Positions 27,506 to 41,556 of a stretch of 64,000 nt of DNA are shown in pieces. Location: positions 189,557-253,556 of the forward strand of contig ADNK01000503.1 in the NCBI GenBank assembly GCA_000320545.1. The letters are read 5' to 3'. The translations under genes were made by a program, and so were the position numbers. Each line of letters starts with the position of its first letter. Positions within the stretch are counted from its first letter, which is position 1. This DNA comes from Bigelowiella natans CCMP2755 (taxonomy: Eukaryota > Protista > Cercozoa). The notes beneath the pieces are model-generated. The model saw only the letters and a program-made list of their open reading frames with translations. It was not told the origin of the DNA and searched no databases.

Positions 27506-28437
27506 TTCTTCTTCTTCTTTTCCAGTCCGGTAAGCCACAGGAATTGCAGGGGATGTGCAAACTTTTTAAGGAAGCGATATTCGTGTATCTTGCTAGATAT
27601 TTCATTTATATCTTGCCCGACTTTAAAGCCGATCCCCTCAAGTATGAAGAGAAGGGCGAGGAGAAGACAATGTCAATAGAGGAATTTAAATCCAATACGA
27701 AAGAAGACAACGCGGGGTTGATGTTTTATTTTGCATTATTGCAAGTACACGTTGACTACGACAAGAAGAGTTTTCTCTCGACTGAATTAAGGAAGAAACG
27801 TTTGACATGGAACGTCACTAAACTAGGTAATAAACATATGCTATTATCAGTACAAGTATTAGTATTAGTATTAGTATTAGTATTAGTAGCTGACACACTT
27901 TGTTCATCATGACCTTTCTCCTCATTACTACCTTTTCAGAGCCTCTCTTCGGTGGCACGGAGGGCCTATGGCGTTGGATAGCGTATTTGGCAAACCATCT
28001 CTCCTCAAATGAGAGACCCCATGCCGCTGCCACTTCGTGTTTATACCTTTTTATGAAGTACTGTAAGAGGTCTGCTGCTGGAAAGTTTGGTCATCAGGTT
28101 GTGCGGTGGTAGTATAGAGGCGTAGTTGTAGGATAGAGAGTTATCATCAGGTTGTGCGGTGTTATGCGTGCGTGTGTGTGTGTGTGTGTGTGCGTGAGTG
28201 TGTGTGAGTGTTTAAATCAAGATATGTTTATTTCTTTTAAATGATTTTTAGTGGGCAAAGATAGAGAGATTGTTATGCTCCCCTCAAGTACACCAAAAGA
28301 TAGAGGATTGTCGTGAGGAAAGCATATTACCTTTTATCAAAGGCCAGAAAATATTTGAGGAAGGAACTAATGTACTAATATCGGGTGATTGGCTGAAACA
28401 ATTCAAAGCCGAAACTAAAGAATCGACCAAGACATAA
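25330..28437 (+). CDS. GLE1: Gle1-like mRNA export factor (start uncertain)
   Basis: Charged coiled coil (EVERLEQQE..AAERKKAEDE), then ARYFIYILPDF, NAGLMFYFALLQ, GGTEGLWRWIAYLAN, AATSCLYLFMKYC..GKFGHQ|WAKIERLL, resembling conserved GLE1-domain blocks. Stop at 28435-28437. Confidence 0.65.
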
Positions 28438-28559
28438 TTATCCATAACGCAACTGACGAGTTTATGTCCGAGCGCATACTTGTTGCATTGCCACATATGA
28501 CTACGTCTAAACGTTACATCTATTATCATGCAGACGTTATAGCTATTAACATGCAATTG

Positions 28560-29340
28560 TTACACATCGCCGCCAACATGTGCGTGCTGTTGTAATTTAT
28601 ATGTGCATATAAATATGTGAGACTGATGTAATCAATCAAATTAAATTTGTTCAATGGTCATCCTCATATTGCAGATTGCTAGATTGCTGTGCAATTCAGC
28701 CGCTACAGCGCTAATGTTGAATCTGGTGGTCTCCGCTACGATGTGTGTTTCATGCAACCAAATGTTTCGGTCTTGAATGTCGCGTATTTCGCACAGCATT
28801 TCCTTCTCATTGAAAGTTAATCAATGTGTATGTACATCTAGATGTGTATGAGACGGATGCAATATGAAGTGATTAAATCTTTTCAATGGTCATCGCATAA
28901 TAATGTAGCTATCTAGCTATGCAAAGCAGCGACTTATACATCTAGATATATAGGCACGTGCTAGCTAGCTAGCATATCTAGATGCTAGGATGTCTAAATG
29001 TGCACAATGGAACGCACATTAGCTGAGACTACCACTCACAATTCAAGCGCTGCTAGGCTGTAGCCGCTGCATTGCACAGCTATAGCTACATTAGAAGTAC
29101 TATTGAAAGAACATGATTCATTCATGCTAGCATGCCACTCGCCGTTCCATGTCATGTACGGATGAGCTATTAGCTAGCAGGTAGGTCTAGAGGAAGATCT
29201 AGAGTATGTATTAGCTGTCTACATTGCACCCAGTGCATGTCTGGATGCATCTAGCTAGCTAGCCTAGTGCGTGCTGATCGTGGTCACATGTGCGACATGC
29301 AGGTCTAGAGGTGTGCACAGTCTGTACATCTCCCTCATGC
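28560..29340. repeat. Cluster of three copies of the dispersed repeat forming a decayed inverted repeat (MITE/foldback-like)
   Basis: 28686-28722 GCTGTGCAATTCAGCCGCTACAGC is the near reverse complement of 29041-29080. An additional copy lies at 28845-28930. Many CTAG runs. Confidence 0.7.
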
Positions 29341-29499
29341 ATAGATTAGATGACTGCGAATAGTTGAGAAACAAGATTGATTCTGCTTTGTTATCAAAAC
29401 CTTTTGAACAGTTTGTTGAGAACACGTGATGAACCTTTGATTCTAAATTATCATTATTTGATCACATCATCATAGGTATATTTTTATCAATTGAACCAA

Positions 29500-32470
29500 T
29501 CATGATTCATTCACTGGAAAAAAGCTTTCTGGAGATCCCACGCGTTCTTCGTCGTTGTCACTTGTATGATGATGATGATGATGATAATTATGATGTGTCA
29601 TTTCTCCCTTTTCTTTATCCCCATCCCCGAGTTTATTTCCTCTGCTATTTTGATCGAGTAAATTTATTGTAGTCGATGACTGAGAAAATTCTAATGAACC
29701 CCTTTCTTCCATTTGTTGCAGCAATGACGAGGAGTGAAACAAATCTGACGATGAGGAAAAATGTTGTGATGTTCCTCCTTTCTTCGATCGATCATCATCC
29801 ATGAAACTACGATGTTGTTGATGATCACGGGGGGCTACAAAGCTTGATGACAATGTTGTTGCCGATGTGACACCAGCCATTATCTCATTTTCACTATGTT
29901 GTTGTTGTTGTCGCTCTTCCTTAGATTCTTTTTCAATTGCTACTGCAGCTGCTGCTGCTAGTCTTTGTTGGGTAGTGGAAGAGGAAGCTGTAGGCATCAT
30001 CTGTGAGTTTACCAGAGATGATTCATACGAGGAAGAAAATGATGAAGAAGGAGGAGGAGGAGAAATAGCTTGAAAGCTTTCGAGAAGACGGCGGGTCTTA
30101 GATGCAATGGAAGAGATCTCATCCCCTGATGTGTCAGCTGATGTGTCTCGAGAGGAGGAGGACAATAAAGTAGTAGCGCCTTGTTTCTTGTGCTGTCTTC
30201 TTCTGCTCTTTGTAGAAGAGGAGGAAGAGAGAGCACTGGTACCAGTAGAGAATGAAGATGATGCTGAGGACGGAGTGGCGTGACTGTTGCTGCTGCTCTT
30301 TTTACGGCGTCCTCGTCGAGAAAACTTGGTCCTATCAACGACGTGCGTCTCCATGTGCTCCTGAGAATGTTGTTTGTTGTCGATGATGATGATGATGATG
30401 ATGATGAGGATTGTAAATAGCCTTCGACTGCAACTACAGCATGTTCTCAGAAGATAGACTGTTTATGTAATCAGGTTGATGTAGTTGACAGTATAATACG
30501 TCGCTACTATCACATGATCAAATATGACAAATACGACGACGACTACGACGACGATCACTACGGCAGTGGGGATGGTGATGATAGAGGATTGTTGAACATC
30601 ATCATCATCATCATCACCCTCATTTATAGAATATTAGTTACTTACCGATAGGACATCTTTGGAATTAAATCTCATCTGACAATGTTGGCATCCGAAGCAC
30701 CCGATAGCGTAGTGTTTCTACACAGAAAAAAGTCAGTGGTGGTAATAATAACAGAGAATAATACTATTATGTGCTCGTAGTGGTATTACTCTGAGGCTAG
30801 CAGCTCTTGCAAAAGATTTCCTACAGTACTGACAATGGTGTGGTTGAAGGCCAGGATGCGTTCTTACGTGTGCCTGATTCATAATATATTGATATAGAAG
30901 ATAGATTATAAATCGATGACCGTGTGGAGGGAATGTTGAAGTATTGAGTGGTATTAATGAAGAAGTCGTTTTATGATCTTACCTTCAGATTCTGCTTGAG
31001 AGTGAACGACATGTTACAATGGCAGCACTTGTGTGGCTTTTCTCCATTGCCGTGGAGGGATACGACGTGTTTCTACATACAAAGAAACAGAAAATAATGC
31101 TGATCAGATAACCAACCGCTGTCATAACCATGGCATAGCCTGGAATGGATAATTACGACACACAGATCATCATCATTATCACCATCATCACATACACAAA
31201 CACACAAACACAAAACACGCTCGCACGATGCACACAAGAAGCATACAAGAATCGCTTAAAAGGGGGCAGCATCATGATCTTACCTTCAACGTGCTTAGTT
31301 GCGTGAAACCCTTGGGACAACGTGTGCATTGATATCTCTTTTCAGAGTCATGAATACGCTCGTGCTGATCTAGATTGAACTGAGACCTATTATTATTGTT
31401 ATTATTATTATTGATAATAATAAAAATATGAATATGAGTATTATTATTATGTGGACTCCTTATACATTCGCTACTACGGAATATGATGATGACGACAACC
31501 ACGACGATGATGATAAGGCTGGAAATGCACCAATATTGTTGAGAAGAAGTAGAATTTCGTCCTCAAGGACCTTCTCCCCTCCCCCTCTCCTCTCCCGCAC
31601 ACACATATTGAGAGAAACAGAGATAAACGCATTAAAAAAATTTACTATTCCTAACAACTAGATGATACACGGATCTAAACATCGTCTGAATTACTTTGTA
31701 GCAAAATTGCAAGTGGGACAAATGAATTGCATTGGCCTTATCCCTCCTCCTGCCCCTTTTAGCTGTGATGTTGGGTTCGTGTGATATTGAGGAGGAGGAG
31801 GAGGAGGAGGATGGAGATAGTGAGCGGCTCTGGGTATTATTTTAATAGATTGATGATGGGATCGTTGCAGTAATAGCTGCTGCTGCTGCCGATCTAGATG
31901 AGTTTTCTTTTTCTGCTGATGCTGCTGTTGTTGGACTGCCGCTGCCTTCGATGGCATAGAGATTCTCTCGGTAGCAGCGATACCACCCGTGTCTGATGTA
32001 TGTTGCTGCAGCTGTTGTTGTTGTTGTTGTTGTTGTTGCACATTGTTTTGCGACGCTCTACGCATGGCGTGAGCTGAAAGTGCTGGATCAAAAGAGTCGA
32101 AAACTGCTACTGCTGCAGTCGGGAGTTTTGGAAGAAGTGAATGTTGCATCACCATCATCGAGGGAGGAGGAGGAGGAGGAGAAGAAGAAAGTTTCAACTG
32201 CTGCTGCTGCTGCTGCTGCTGTGTAGGATCCCAGGGGGAAGGGGGCGCAAAGTTGGGATGAAATGCAGCTGGCATAATTTTATCATCATTTGCCATTATG
32301 ATAGTAGGATGGAGTGAAGATAAACCAGAGGAGGAGGGAATAACTTCGTTAATAGGAATGATTGGCGGTGATGACATAGTAGCAACACGTGGTGATGCTG
32401 GAGCTGAGTGCCGTGTAGTTGCTGCGGAAGAGACAAATCGAAGACGATGGCGCGAGCCAATATTCCACAT
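29500..32470 (-). CDS. C2H2 zinc-finger transcription factor (about 5 fingers) with Q/P/S-rich flanks
   Basis: FICPTCNFATK|SQFNLDQHERIHDSEKRYQCTRCPKGFTQLSTLK|KHVVSLHGNGEKPHKCCHCNMSFTLKQNLK|AHVRTHPGLQPHHCQYCRKSFARAASLR|KH..FGCQHCQMRF. Confidence 0.9.
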
Positions 32471-33558
32471 TGAAATCACACAGGCAGCAAAGATTGTTGA
32501 GGAAAGCCAGGATAGTAGGTACCGGCGTCGCCTCTAAATAAAATAGAGACGAGGAGACTCGAATTAGCCTTTCCTCTCATTTGTCAATCTTGTACTCAGG
32601 GAAGCAAAAATTTACAAGCTACATTGAGACAAAATAGATTATTGTAGATATATAAAAACGATGTCCTCGTTTATTTCCTGCCCTACACCGGAAGCAGCTG
32701 ATAGCTCAAGGGGGGTACTCTCCTCCTCCGAGGTTGTTCTTTCACGCGCTCAATTTACGTTCAAAAGTTTAACCACCCTCAAAATGCAAATAAAATACCT
32801 TTCCGAGAGAGATCATTATGCTCTGGAAGCGTTGGCCTCCGGTCAAGGAAGCTAGCGAGGGGGGGGTATTCACCTCCATATTGTTGTTGTTGCTACGGAC
32901 TTTCAGACTCTAAATGTGACTACCAGAAACAAATTTTGGAAAACAGATTTTATAGGAAAATGGCCTACATTTATTCATTTATATGAGGTCATATTTTATT
33001 TTTCACATTTTTTCAGCGAAATTTGTGTGGCATAACCTCAGGGGTAGGGTAGTTCTATGAACAGAGTAGCTGTTGGTGAAGTTGTAAGACATTCTTGCAT
33101 GCACAATCCAAATCATGTCATAAATAGGAAAAATAACAAGACCTGTTTACGATTAATTAGCGACACATTTTTGACCAAGTACATTTTTAAGCTCACCAGG
33201 GAATTCTCGGTATAGTCATCTTTCGACAGATGTTTTGTGGGTATACAACCCATTTTGGTAGTGAACAATTCGACAATAATGACAACAATGTAGCAGCTCT
33301 ATGAGAAGCAGACGACTTCGTTATTTTTATATTATTAGATGTTAAGAAGAAGAATTAGGCTATAAGAATAGGCTGTTCTTGTAAGAGTACGACCTTTTTT
33401 AATTAAACAATCCTTCAAATATCTTCCTGCGACTTTGATATCTTTTTGTCGCTATAAGATATATCTGGTGATCTAGAAGGTACAGTCGAATCAGGTGTGA
33501 TCATAATGCTAGTTTCCCGTCGTCGTGATCGCATTGCTACTGCTTGTACTCCTGCTAC

Positions 33559-33594
<36 letters not shown>

Positions 33595-33729
33595 AACATG
33601 CAGCAGCAGCAGCAGCAGCAACCACAGGCAACGACTTGCTGCTGCTGCTCCGTCTGCTGATCTCCTGATCATCTGGAAGTGGTTGTCGAAGAAACGACGA
33701 GCCAGACCGAGGGAGGAACTAGATGCGGT

Positions 33730-35041
33730 AATGCAAGAGCATGGGAGTCGTCGGAAAACCTTGTGGCTGCATCATGAATTGATAAGATACCCTGTATCTA
33801 TATCCCATTCAATATTCTAAGCGAATTCACGATGTTTCAGGAGTTTATTGAAATTGTACTCATTCAATGAGCCCCCTCAAGAAAGGCGTTGGGACTCCCC
33901 ACGTCGATGTAGAAGGCACAAACTACTTCACAACGAAGTATCACCATCTACGGAGAGTAATACCGCCACGAAAACTCCAGCACGAAGAGGTTTTTAGCTA
34001 GAGAAATAATACACGCGGCATGAGTAATATGAATGCTATGTATGGATTCAAAGAATGTTACAACATTTTTGCGCTCCCCGCAGCCTTCCCATCCTCCTCC
34101 TCGTTCTGCTCTTAGGGCTGGTAGCTTCGGTAGTGCGAAACGGTATGCGTGTGGAAAAGACCCTCCGATTCGTAGAAAATGGCGGCGGAGAAACGAACTC
34201 GAACAGAACTTATCCTTTAGGTATGAATCAGAAAAGGTACATTAGACATACTCCTGCGAAAAGAAATAGGAAAACTTCTCTATTCTTGGTCTTGGCACAT
34301 GAGACAAAAATAGTTCTTGGCAAGCAACAGAATGAATCTGACGACAGCTCTGTTCGAGATCGAAAGCGACTTAGACGTAGATCTGGAAAGGAGGCAGGAG
34401 AGGCTGCTCCTCCTGTAAAAGGGAAGGAAAAGATAGAAGCTAAAGAAGAAGGGAGAATGGTTTTCATCTCTGAAGATATCATAGGAGGAGGTAGCAATAC
34501 TGCCAACCAGAAGAAGAAACAAGGCTGCTGGCCTAGTAATAGAAGCAACAGTCATATATATCCAACATTACCGGCGATAGCATCCAAATCGTCGCCATCA
34601 TTGCCAGCTCCTGCCGTCACATCAGACAGCGTCTTGCCTGGACGAGCTTCTTCTTCTTCTTCTTCTTCTTCATACGCTCCAGTAATGATGAAGAAGGTAA
34701 CGACGACGAACAAAATAGAACAAGGAAAAGGTTCCAGACGCGTACGAATAGACAGAAATATCGATCTTCTTGTGTACAACCCCCCCAATTCCCAGCTGCG
34801 TGAGAAAGGAGACCAGCTTTCTTTTGGTCTCCAACCAGTCAAAAAAGAAGAGAAGGAGGAGGATCAGGAGAGACCAAAGGAAAAAATCGGTAGAAGTGAG
34901 TATGATGATGATGATGATGACTCTGCAGTAGCAATTCACACACTGAATGAAAAGGCAAAAAACATATTACTACAGTTGAATAATGATCTATTAATACCCC
35001 TCCACCACTCATAACAAATAGATAACCCTACAACTGATTCG

Positions 35042-35076
<35 letters not shown>

Positions 35077-35597
35077 GCAATATATACTGATCATGCTCTA
35101 ACCCTAACCCTAATGATACAGCAGCAACTTTTCTAGCAAAAGACAATTCTATATCTTATACTACCTCTGGTGGCGGTAGTCGTCACCCTTCAAGTAGTAT
35201 TGCAGCATCTACGAGAAGTACAAGGGCTAGTCCAGCCTACGATTCTTCCCCCTCTCTTCTTCTCGCAAGGCTATCTTCTACTTCTTCATTATCATCATTA
35301 TCATCATCCTCAAAATTATCAGAAGAGACAGGCTGCTTTATGCAAAGCTCATCCAGCAATCAACGTTTACTTTCGACGACGACGACTACTGAAACCAACA
35401 ATGGTAGCACCATTGATGGTACTGCTGAAGGTGCTGCTATAAGGAATACATCGAAAAAGAAGAGTAGCAAGAAGAAAAGGAGGAGGATCATCATTGATAG
35501 GTATTAGTAACATCTCAACGACGTGTAGATGAATTATCATCAGTAGCAATAGAGGGGAAAGGGAAGAATAATAATGAAAACAAGGATCATCTTTCTC

Positions 35598-35647
<50 letters not shown>

Positions 35648-37182
35648 GTATACCAAATGGAGTACTCCAACACATACACACTCCTCACACATTGTATTTA
35701 TTATATGACATCGAAATAATGGTTATTTCTCGGTGTTTTAAGTATCCTTTGTTTCCTTCTTTTGCTGTTCTCTCATTAACGCTGACGACGAAAACACGGC
35801 GATGTTTTAAGATCTGTTGGACGTAGTAGCAATAGCAGCAGCAGTGGTGGTGGTGGTAGAGACAGTAGTAATAATCTAATCAGCGATGACGACGATAGTC
35901 CCTTAACAAAATTGAGCATCACACAGAGGAGGGGACAACAACAGGATGGAAAAAACAATATTGAAGGAGAAAGGGAAGAGGGGAATGATGATGATAATGA
36001 CGAGTACAATACTACTACTACTACTACTACTACTACTACAGTGAGTGCTTCTACTACAAGGAGAAGTACTGCTGAGTCCCCTTCTCCTCCTCCTCCTCTT
36101 CCTCCTTCTCTTGCTACTTCTTCCACTGTTATTGCCTCTACTACTTCTTCTACTACGATCTCTACTGCTACATCGATGAGAAGGAAAAGGACTGCTATTA
36201 AGACTTTAAGTAGTAGCAGAAGTAGTAGTAGCAGCAGCAACAGCAGCAGCATTACTTCTTCTTCTTCTTCTTCTTCTTCCCCCTTCATTCTCACTCGAAA
36301 ACATGCCTTAGCAGTAGCAATATTACCTTCGTCATCGTCATCGTCATTGTTGTCAGCAACAGACAAAGAAACAGTTATTGCAGGGGTCGTCGATGTACAA
36401 AAACAAGAAAAAGAACAAGAAGAACAAGAAGAAGAAGAAGAAGAAGAAGAAGAAAAAGCTGTAGCGGCATTTACAAACAAAAGCATTGGAAATAGCAGCA
36501 GCAGCCGCCGTATCTGGCAGCAGTCTTTGAAGAAAATGAAGAAAAGATACAGGGAGGAGGGGGAAGAGGAGAAGGGGGAGGAAAAGGAGGACAATAAGGA
36601 GGGGGGGGAGACTGGTAGCAATACAGACAAAAATAAGAAGAAGAAGAGTATGCAGCATAAAGGCAGTAATTGCTTGAAAGAAAAAAAGGACTTGGAGGTA
36701 AAGCAACCATCTTGCACATCTAAGAGTATAAACGACGACGGCAAGAACAACGTTGATATTGGAGATGCTTTTAAGAAGCAGATTAATAAAGTAGAGCATC
36801 ATCAACAACCAACAAGTAGCAGCAGCAGTAGTAGCAGTAGTAGTAGTAATAGTAGCAGTCGTAGCAGTGTGACGAGGGATCTCAAGTTTGGAACTGCATC
36901 ATCACAGAGGATGAGGAGGAGGAATAGTAGTAGCGTAACCAGCACCCAGGGGAGGAGAGGAAGAAGGAAGAGAAGCAGAAAGAAGACTGTTAGTGTATCA
37001 TCATCAAATTTTCATGATCAGGTGGTTTTATCATTATGTGTTTGTAGATAGATTTGTAAGTAGTCAATGCTGAAGAAGAGGAAAAAGAGAAGAGTGAGAA
37101 ATAAAGAAATTTAGGTCTTTATTAGGATCGTTTGCCAACCCCCTTCCCCCCCTTTTATGAGGTATTATTGTAGCACGTACAT

Positions 37183-37218
<36 letters not shown>

Positions 37219-37551
37219 TATGTGTGTACAAAAGGGAGATGAAGAAGCGGATCAAGAGAAACCTTTAGTTCTTCAGCTTATACAAACACGTAACGACAGT
37301 TATTATGATGATAATATATGTAGCGCTGCATTGATGATGATGATGATGATAGTGATGATGATGATGATGATATCTCGCCCATGCATAATCATAGTGATAA
37401 TGATGACGATGATGATGATGATGATGATGATGATGATAGCTTGTTGCTACCAGGTCTACCAGCAGGATGGAATCCTCCCCAATACTTAACACCAATGCCA
37501 GTAATCCATCCACAAATCTATTATTTTATCTTGAAGTTTATCATGAATATA

Positions 37552-37596
<45 letters not shown>

Positions 37597-38983
37597 ATTA
37601 ATTATATATATGCAAGGTGCAGTGAGGTTGCTTATTCATTGCTTGAATGACCATTGTTTCTTCTTCTTCTTCTTCTTCTTCTTCTTCTTCTTCTTTTTCT
37701 TCTTTCTTCTTTCTTCTTTATTCTTTGTTGGATGATGAGAAGATTCCTTCAGCGAAGAGTTTGAGAGCATACTTGTACACCAACGACGAATACCAAAGGT
37801 AGCCGTAAAGATACTTATATGTTGTAAATAGTGGCAAGAACGTCGTAGAAGATATCGTCGTCATCGAGTAGTTTTTTTCGCCGAAGTAATGTAAGTAGTA
37901 GCAGCTCAATTCTCAGTAAGAGAAGATACATGATGGCCATGGTGGTGGCGTTGAAGATGTTAAACATGCATTTTCTTGACGAAATACTTTAAAGAGACTA
38001 GCTACTACTACTACTACTGCTACTACTACTACAACTCTATCTGTTGGTGATGCTGCTACAATGCAGAGTTATTATCCAATGTTTTCTTTGATTGATCTCA
38101 ATCGCTGGTAAGGTAGGAGAAGAAGAAGACAAAACGAGGAAATCTGCTACTCATCACAAGCACTTTGTTTATTTGTTATATTGCTTGTTATGTGTAGATT
38201 GATGATTGCTGATTTCTCGGTTGAAGATCCAACGGTTAGAAGACGACGTACAATAGGATACGTGATATGATGTGAATATAATCGTGGATGATGAAGAAGA
38301 AGAAGACAACGACGACTGACAACAACGGCAAGGAAAAATTGCTGGAATAAGAAACGCGGATAGAATATATAGCATAGTACCTCCTGATCGGTTATCAATC
38401 ATCATCATCATTGATTTTTGGTTTCCTTCCTTTCAGCATTGTTATTGTCTTATATCGTCGTCTTTTATATACGTAAATGGATACTATATCACTGAGGTGT
38501 GAATGATACGTGTCAGGCTGCAGATATCATGTTCCTGAAAAGATGCTTTGAACGAGATGATTTGACGGTCTTTCTCTTTCCTCCTCCTCCTCCTTCTCTC
38601 ACTTTTTATCTTCTCATCATCATTCGTTACAAGTGTCTGACGACGAGTGAAAATAAAGAGAATAAACAGTGATGCTGCTGTCTCTCAATGTGATATTTGG
38701 ATAGTATGGACTATCTGAAGTATCCCTATTATATTTTAGCCTATTTGATAATGATAATAATAATTATCATCATCATCATCCAATTGATGAGATTTGGTGC
38801 AAACGGTAATAGGTGGTGATTAAGGGCATTGGCAAACATCTGAACAGAAAGATATGGAGAACATCATATCTACTAAACGTAATGTTAGTAGTGGTAGCAG
38901 TAGTAAGTAAGTAAGTAAGTGAGTGAGTGAGTGAGTGGCAGCAGTAGAAGAAGAATTAGGATATTGATGGTAATGATGACTAC

Positions 38984-39016
<33 letters not shown>

Positions 39017-39035
39017 CACGACAAGATAACACACC

Positions 39036-39092
<57 letters not shown>

Positions 39093-39526
39093 TGAACTCC
39101 AGTCCTTTGTGCTTCCTTCCTGAAAACTGCTGCTGCTGCTACTACTACTAATGCTACCGCTCACAATAATAAATCATCACACCATTTACTACTACAGAGG
39201 CTGGGCAATATGATGTACCACCAATTCCGAAGATACGTCATCATTCCACGTAGCAGCAATAGCAGCAACAACAACGGTGGTAGTTATCATCATAAATATG
39301 CATCCGTCACTACCATCATCATCGATCAGTACCAGATCATAGCATAATAATTTATTATCATTGCGTGAAATCTTCAGTTGAAGGAGGAGGAGGAGGAGGA
39401 GGAGGAGGGCGGGTATCATCGGCCAACTACTCCTATGAGGAGAAAGATTGGATTAGCATGAAAGTTTCTGACTATAAGAGGTAGTAGAAGTGCTTGTAAC
39501 AGTGCTAGTGAGCACTACTAGTAGGT

Positions 39527-39557
<31 letters not shown>

Positions 39558-39957
39558 CTGTTATTATTGCTACTGCTGCTGCGTTAGCATATTCAGCTAT
39601 GTGTGTACGACGATCGATGATCAGGGAGACTACGACGAAGAAGAGAACAAGAAGAAGAAGAAGAAGAAGAAGAAGAGGAGACTGATTTTTGATATTTGCT
39701 CTATGTTTGATTAGCGATGCAATTTATCAGCATAGATATGTTGTGCTTGTTCTTGTTCTTGTTGTAGTTTACATCAACTCTCTCTTTCTCTCTCTCTCTC
39801 TCTTTCTGTGTGTGTGTGCGTGCGTGTGTGTGTTACTGTTGTTTGTCTAGATATCTATCTATGCGAGCAAGCATTATGGAAAATCCTCATGATTTGTCAT
39901 TACCAACTACATTCAAAATAAAGGACTGTGTAGGAAGGTGCTGCTTTTGTTGTTGTA

Positions 39958-39988
<31 letters not shown>

Positions 39989-40029
39989 TGTAGAAGGGGG
40001 CAAAAGAGAGAAGGGTGTGTAGCAGTAGC

Positions 40030-40064
<35 letters not shown>

Positions 40065-40101
40065 GTTACTATTGATGCAAAGTGTAGCATTCTCTCTTTG
40101 A

Positions 40102-40141
<40 letters not shown>

Positions 40142-40884
40142 CTTATCAGGCTACAACTCATTAACGCTCGTAGAGAGCTTATATACATGCTCGACTTATC
40201 GATCCAAAGGTAGGTGCTGCGTGAATTAATAATGATAATAATAATAAGAAGAAGAAGAATATGTTGGAGGAGTATTATTCCTCCTTCTTTTTCATTTAAG
40301 ATTTATTTGTTACGTTCTTACCTTCTTAGCTCATGTTGTTTGCCTTTCTCCTTCTTCTTCTCCTTCTTCTTCTTCTTCTTCTCCTTCTTCTTCTCCTTTT
40401 TCTTCTTCCTCTTTCACGTGCAATACTTACTACTACTACTACCATTACTTCTTCTTCCTCTTGCACGTAGCTATATGCCTGAGCTCGCACTCGATTTAAC
40501 AAAGAGGATTTCCATGGATCTTCTTCCTGGAGGGTACTAGTAGCGGCAGCAGCAGTAGTAGTAGTAGCAGCAGTAGCAGTACATGCTAGCTATCATTTAT
40601 AAGTGCTCATTGTAAATCCGATTTCCAACGTCAAAGAGAGCAGCCATTAGAGCATGACACGACAAGTGGACGAGGGAGGAGTATGATGAGGGAGAACTAA
40701 AAGATTAATGATGATGACGACGATGAAGATGATGATGATGATGATGATGATGATGGGGAGGAGGAGGAGGAGGAGGAGGAGGAGGGGGTGGTAGGGAAGA
40801 AGATAGTCCTAAGGATACTAATGATAGATTTAATTTCTAACATCCTCCGCCCCCGGCACATACTAAGCACACACACACGCACGC

Positions 40885-40932
<48 letters not shown>

Positions 40933-41357
40933 AAAGGGAGGGAGAGTGGACCAAGAGGGGTCGTCATCGTCGTCATCATCGTCATCGTTCTAATGTTCCA
41001 CGACTATGGTATGGATTAGAGAAAACTGCATGCTGAAGTACGTATCTCAGCATGGGAGGCCATCAATGGGTTGATTATATACTATATGACGACTAGTGAG
41101 GAGGAAGAGGAGAAAGAGAAGAAGCAGCAGGACAACAACAACAACAACAGCAGGAGGAAAATGAAGCAAATTAGCAACACCTACATACATCATCTCCTTA
41201 CTACTCCTCAGCAGCCCGATAGTCGGACTGATCATCACCTTGAAGAAGCCCTCTTTGTTAAGTTGTAATCAACTAATCGTTTGTGATCATCATCATAGGA
41301 CCCAACATTTACCTGTCTCCTCCCGGCACATATACGTGGTTTCACCAAGATGTATGC

Positions 41358-41389
<32 letters not shown>

Positions 41390-41521
41390 AATCTAGCTAC
41401 CTACGTGCACATATTGATTAGATAGTTACGATAACAATAAGAACAACAACAATAATAATAATAGTAATAATAATAATGATAATAGCAAGAATAGCAAGAA
41501 GGGTAGTTAAAAGTGATGAGT

Positions 41522-41556
<35 letters not shown>

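Noticed and set aside
34055-34245. Signal-peptide-like start of ORF 34055-35014
   Set aside because: The overlapping frame 34033-34220, ending at a GTATGA donor, looks like the real exon; the hydrophobic run is likely an off-frame artefact.
35098-35113. Telomere-like (CCCTAA)n
   Set aside because: Under three units in a genome saturated with simple repeats; not informative.
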